41,955 nt of DNA from Planctomycetota bacterium (GTDB taxonomy: Bacteria > Planctomycetota > GCA-002687715 > DRQF01): assembly GCA_036479435.1 (NCBI GenBank), contig JAZGFI010000084.1, positions 1 to 41,955 of the forward strand. Direction: 5' to 3'. The position numbers and the translations under genes were made by a program. Numbering within the stretch: the stretch's first letter is position 1; every line of letters starts with the position of its first letter. Shown here in pieces: positions 39,466 to 41,955 of the stretch. The notes under the pieces are model-generated. The model ran no database searches, had not been told where the DNA came from, and saw only the letters and a program-made list of their open reading frames with translations.

Positions 39466-41003
39466 CAAGGCCGTTAATTAAACACCGCCCAAAACCGCGC
39501 CGATCGCGCCTCGTAGCTCGCCCTCATCTCGTGCCGCCCGCACTCCCGACTATTAGAATCGGAAGTTGAAGAAGTGCCATCGCGATCGGATCGATGGCGC
39601 AAAAACTGTGAGACCAAAAAAGAAACTCGCAACATGATTGGCCCCCCAATCGACAAGATTGGCGCTGATTCAATCGCGACGCGATCTCCGTGCCGTACAG
39701 TTCAAACTACGGCGCTATTTTGACAAAATGCCTGCCTTCGTTGAAGACAAAATTGACGACGAGTCTCGTCGTGACTTCAGCCGAAATGGGCCCCTATCTC
39801 CAAGGCTTTTGATCGTCATCTTGCTCTACCTCGTCACCGACGCAGGGCGCCGAGGCTACAAGCATTTGCTCGATGAGTTTTGGGACGAGTGCGAAGACTT
39901 CGGCCTGGAGCTTCCGACCGAGCAAGCTGTTTCGGCGGCTGCGTTTTGCAAGGCGCGCAAGAAACTCAAACCGGAAGTTTTCCGTGCCTTGCTCCACGAA
40001 GTCGTTGACGGCAGTCAGGAGACACATGGGCCATCCTATCGGTGGAAAGGGCGAACCCTTCTTGCTTGCGATGGATCGAGTATCTCGCTGCAGCGAAGCG
40101 CCTCGTCGCAAGATGAGTTTGGGGGCTCCTCGACTGGACATTGCCCTCAGGCGATGCTCTCGACTCTCTTTGATGTCCACGCGAAGATGCTGGTGGACCT
40201 GACGATCGCGCGTTACGCAGCGTGCGAGCGCAAGGAGCTTCTGAAGATGCTCGATCGCGTCAGGCCTGGCGACGTCCTCTTGTTGGATCGGGGCTACACG
40301 TCCTAGGGATTGATGAAGGAGCTGAAGGACCGGGGGATTGAATTCGTCATGCGGGCTTCGACCAAGCTCCCCCACAAGGCCGTCGGGGAGTTCATCATGA
40401 ATCAAGGCCGTGACCGCGTGATCGAAGTCGCGGGCACCAGAGGCTCATCGCGGCGCGACAAGCCCGTTTCGGTTCGGGCAGTTTTTCGCGAAAGGCGAAA
40501 CGACGACGAGTGCCTCGTCTACTTGACGAGCCTTCATCGCAATGAAGCAACGGCCTTAGAGGTTCACGAACTGTACGCGTTGCGCTGGACCGTCGAGGAA
40601 CACTTCAAAGTCGAGAAAGGCGACTACCTTGGGCAACGCCAACTTCACGCCAAGTCGCCAGATGGCATTCGCCAAGAGATCATTGCTTTCGCCTTGTTGA
40701 CCGCCGTTACGAGATCGGTCATGGCCGATGCCGCGGCGGCTCATGAGGTCAAGCCAAGCGACGTCTCCCAAAAGGCGGGTTACTTGGTTGTCGGCTCCTA
40801 CCTGACTCGAATGCTGGCTGATCCTGTGACCGAAGCGGAACGCAAAACGGTTGAACGCATGCTGCGGCGGATTACGGCCAAGCTTGAACCGCCACGGCCT
40901 GGACGGTCCTATCCGAGGCGATCGTTCAAGCCCTTACCGAAGTGGGGGGGGGCTCATGGGCGCCGATGGCGTGAGAAGAGGAAGCGTTAGGTTAATGGCA
41001 TTG
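39466..41003 (+). mobile_element. IS4-family insertion sequence
   Basis: IRL CAAGGCCGTTAATTAAACAC and IRR GCGTTAGGTTAATGGCATTG (14/20 match); single DDE transposase frame. Confidence 0.85.
39638..40990 (+). pseudogene. IS4 transposase with in-frame TAG at 40304-40306
   Basis: SAAAFCKARKKL, ACDGS, LLDRGY, Y..RW.VE..FK (YREK motif), RPGRSYPR. Confidence 0.88.
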
Positions 41004-41007
41004 GTAG

Positions 41008-41421
41008 TTAGGCATCGCTCGACATACGTTCGACTGCGCCGCCAAAGTCGTAGTCGCTCGATTTCGGAACGCAGACAACGAGGAGTCCTCCGAATACGCG
41101 CTCCCAATGCCCACCTTCCTCGACTACTCGCGAGAGGATCGCCTCCAGCTCCTGCGTATCTGGCGCGAGGAATTCATGGCGTTCCAGTGAGGCGCGTTCG
41201 GCCACGCGAATAAACCTAAACAGATCAGGTGCCACCCTCTCCACTGCGATCGTATCTCCGAAGTTCGGAAGAAGCTCAAGCTCTTCATCCGACTCAGCCA
41301 TCATCGAAGAGAGAGGATCAAGATCAAGGCGGTAGAGGTTTTCGCCGACCCTCGTAGCGAGAACTGCATTGTCGGTGACTCCGTTTGGATACTCGATGGA
41401 GAGCTTAACTTGATCGTTCAT
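41008..41421 (-). CDS. Hypothetical protein (cassette gene)
   Basis: ATG 7 nt after R' GTTAGGC; stop TAA inside R'' GCCTAAC (41007-41013); GGHWERVFGGLLVV motif. Confidence 0.75.
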   Translation of the reverse strand: MNDQVKLSIEYPNGVTDNAVLATRVGENLYRLDLDPLSSMMAESDEELELLPNFGDTIAVERVAPDLFRFIRVAERASLERHEFLAPDTQELEAILSRVVEEGGHWERVFGGLLVVCVPKSSDYDFGGAVERMSSDA

Positions 41422-41428
41422 TTTGAAT

Positions 41429-41494
41429 GCCTAACGAGTTCTCATTCAGCTGCGGTGCGCGGAGCGGACCGTCCGCTGCAATGAGCTGTTAGAT
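41429..41494 (-). repeat. Intact attC site (66 bp)
   Basis: R'' ATCTAAC, CTCATTGCAGC / GCTGAATGAG arms with an extrahelical base, R' GTTAGGC. Confidence 0.92.
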
Positions 41495-41955
41495 GTTGAG
41501 CACGGCCGGGAAAGCGACTCAAAAAATAACTACGCCAACAAAGATGAGGATGCCGAAGCCAAGACCAAATGTCCAGCGCCGGTTGCGCCTGAACGCAGCG
41601 ACACCGAGGCGCGTGCCCGGCCGACCCGCTGGGGCTTGGCGATTTCGTGGCTGAAGATCATGAAACCCGAACCATCAAGCTTGTGACAGAGTTCTTCGAG
41701 TGATGCCGTGAAACGCCTAGACCGACAGCAACTGAAGCGGAGTATCGGGCGCCGATGATTAGGGGCCTTTGACTGGCGACGGGTAGAAGACCAATGGGGT
41801 CGGCTTGTCCGGAGCGAAACGACGAGGGCCGTTGGTGAAGACAAAGTGAACCGCCGAAGAGCGCTTGGCCAACGGCGCCAGGGCCACGCGGTGGAGGCTT
41901 GGTTGCCGCAGCCGCGAAGAGTACCGCCCCTGATCAACCGGCACACACATCTAAC
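41495..41955 (-). other. Gene cassette without a convincing ORF
   Basis: Starts with R' GTTAGAT (41949-41955), exactly complementary to its own R'' ATCTAAC (41488-41494); only weak ORFs inside. Confidence 0.7.

Noticed and set aside
25267..40306. Stop-codon recoding suggested by in-frame TAA/TAG in Fic, XRE, peptidase and IS4 genes
   Set aside because: Core genes in the window end normally on TAA and TAG; the stops are confined to a region that also has frameshifts and deletions, so decay is the simpler explanation.

Overview
GC-rich bacterial chromosomal window; gene content (long-form GreA, kelch protein, membrane-fused ECF sigma factor) suggests Planctomycetota, which is an inference. It has three parts. 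(1) 1-4100: the 3' part of a group II intron (RT/maturase plus domains V/VI) directly abutting a complete IS66 element (1095-3903), followed by a remnant ATPase gene. (2) 4172-24022: a housekeeping block with a CPA2 antiporter, HEAT-repeat protein, long GreA, a probable three-gene bacterial ceramide pathway (Spt, bCerS-like GNAT, CerR-like reductase), a kelch protein, two GT2 glycosyltransferases, a PP2C phosphatase, an amidohydrolase, a Gfo/Idh/MocA oxidoreductase, an ECF sigma/anti-sigma pair and tRNA-Arg(ACG). (3) 24200-41955: an accessory region that is largely a minus-strand integron gene-cassette array. Its attC sites are intact at the right and increasingly degenerate to the left, and no intI lies in the window. 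The array is interrupted by ISKra4, IS66 and IS4 elements and a large ECF-sigma fusion gene, and ends in toxin-antitoxin and Fic genes. Most notable: the ceramide cluster, the attC array with an apparently ORF-less cassette, and an IS4 element sitting symmetrically 3 nt inside both R boxes of an attC whose interior is gone. All calls come from reading the sequence by eye; no searches were run.
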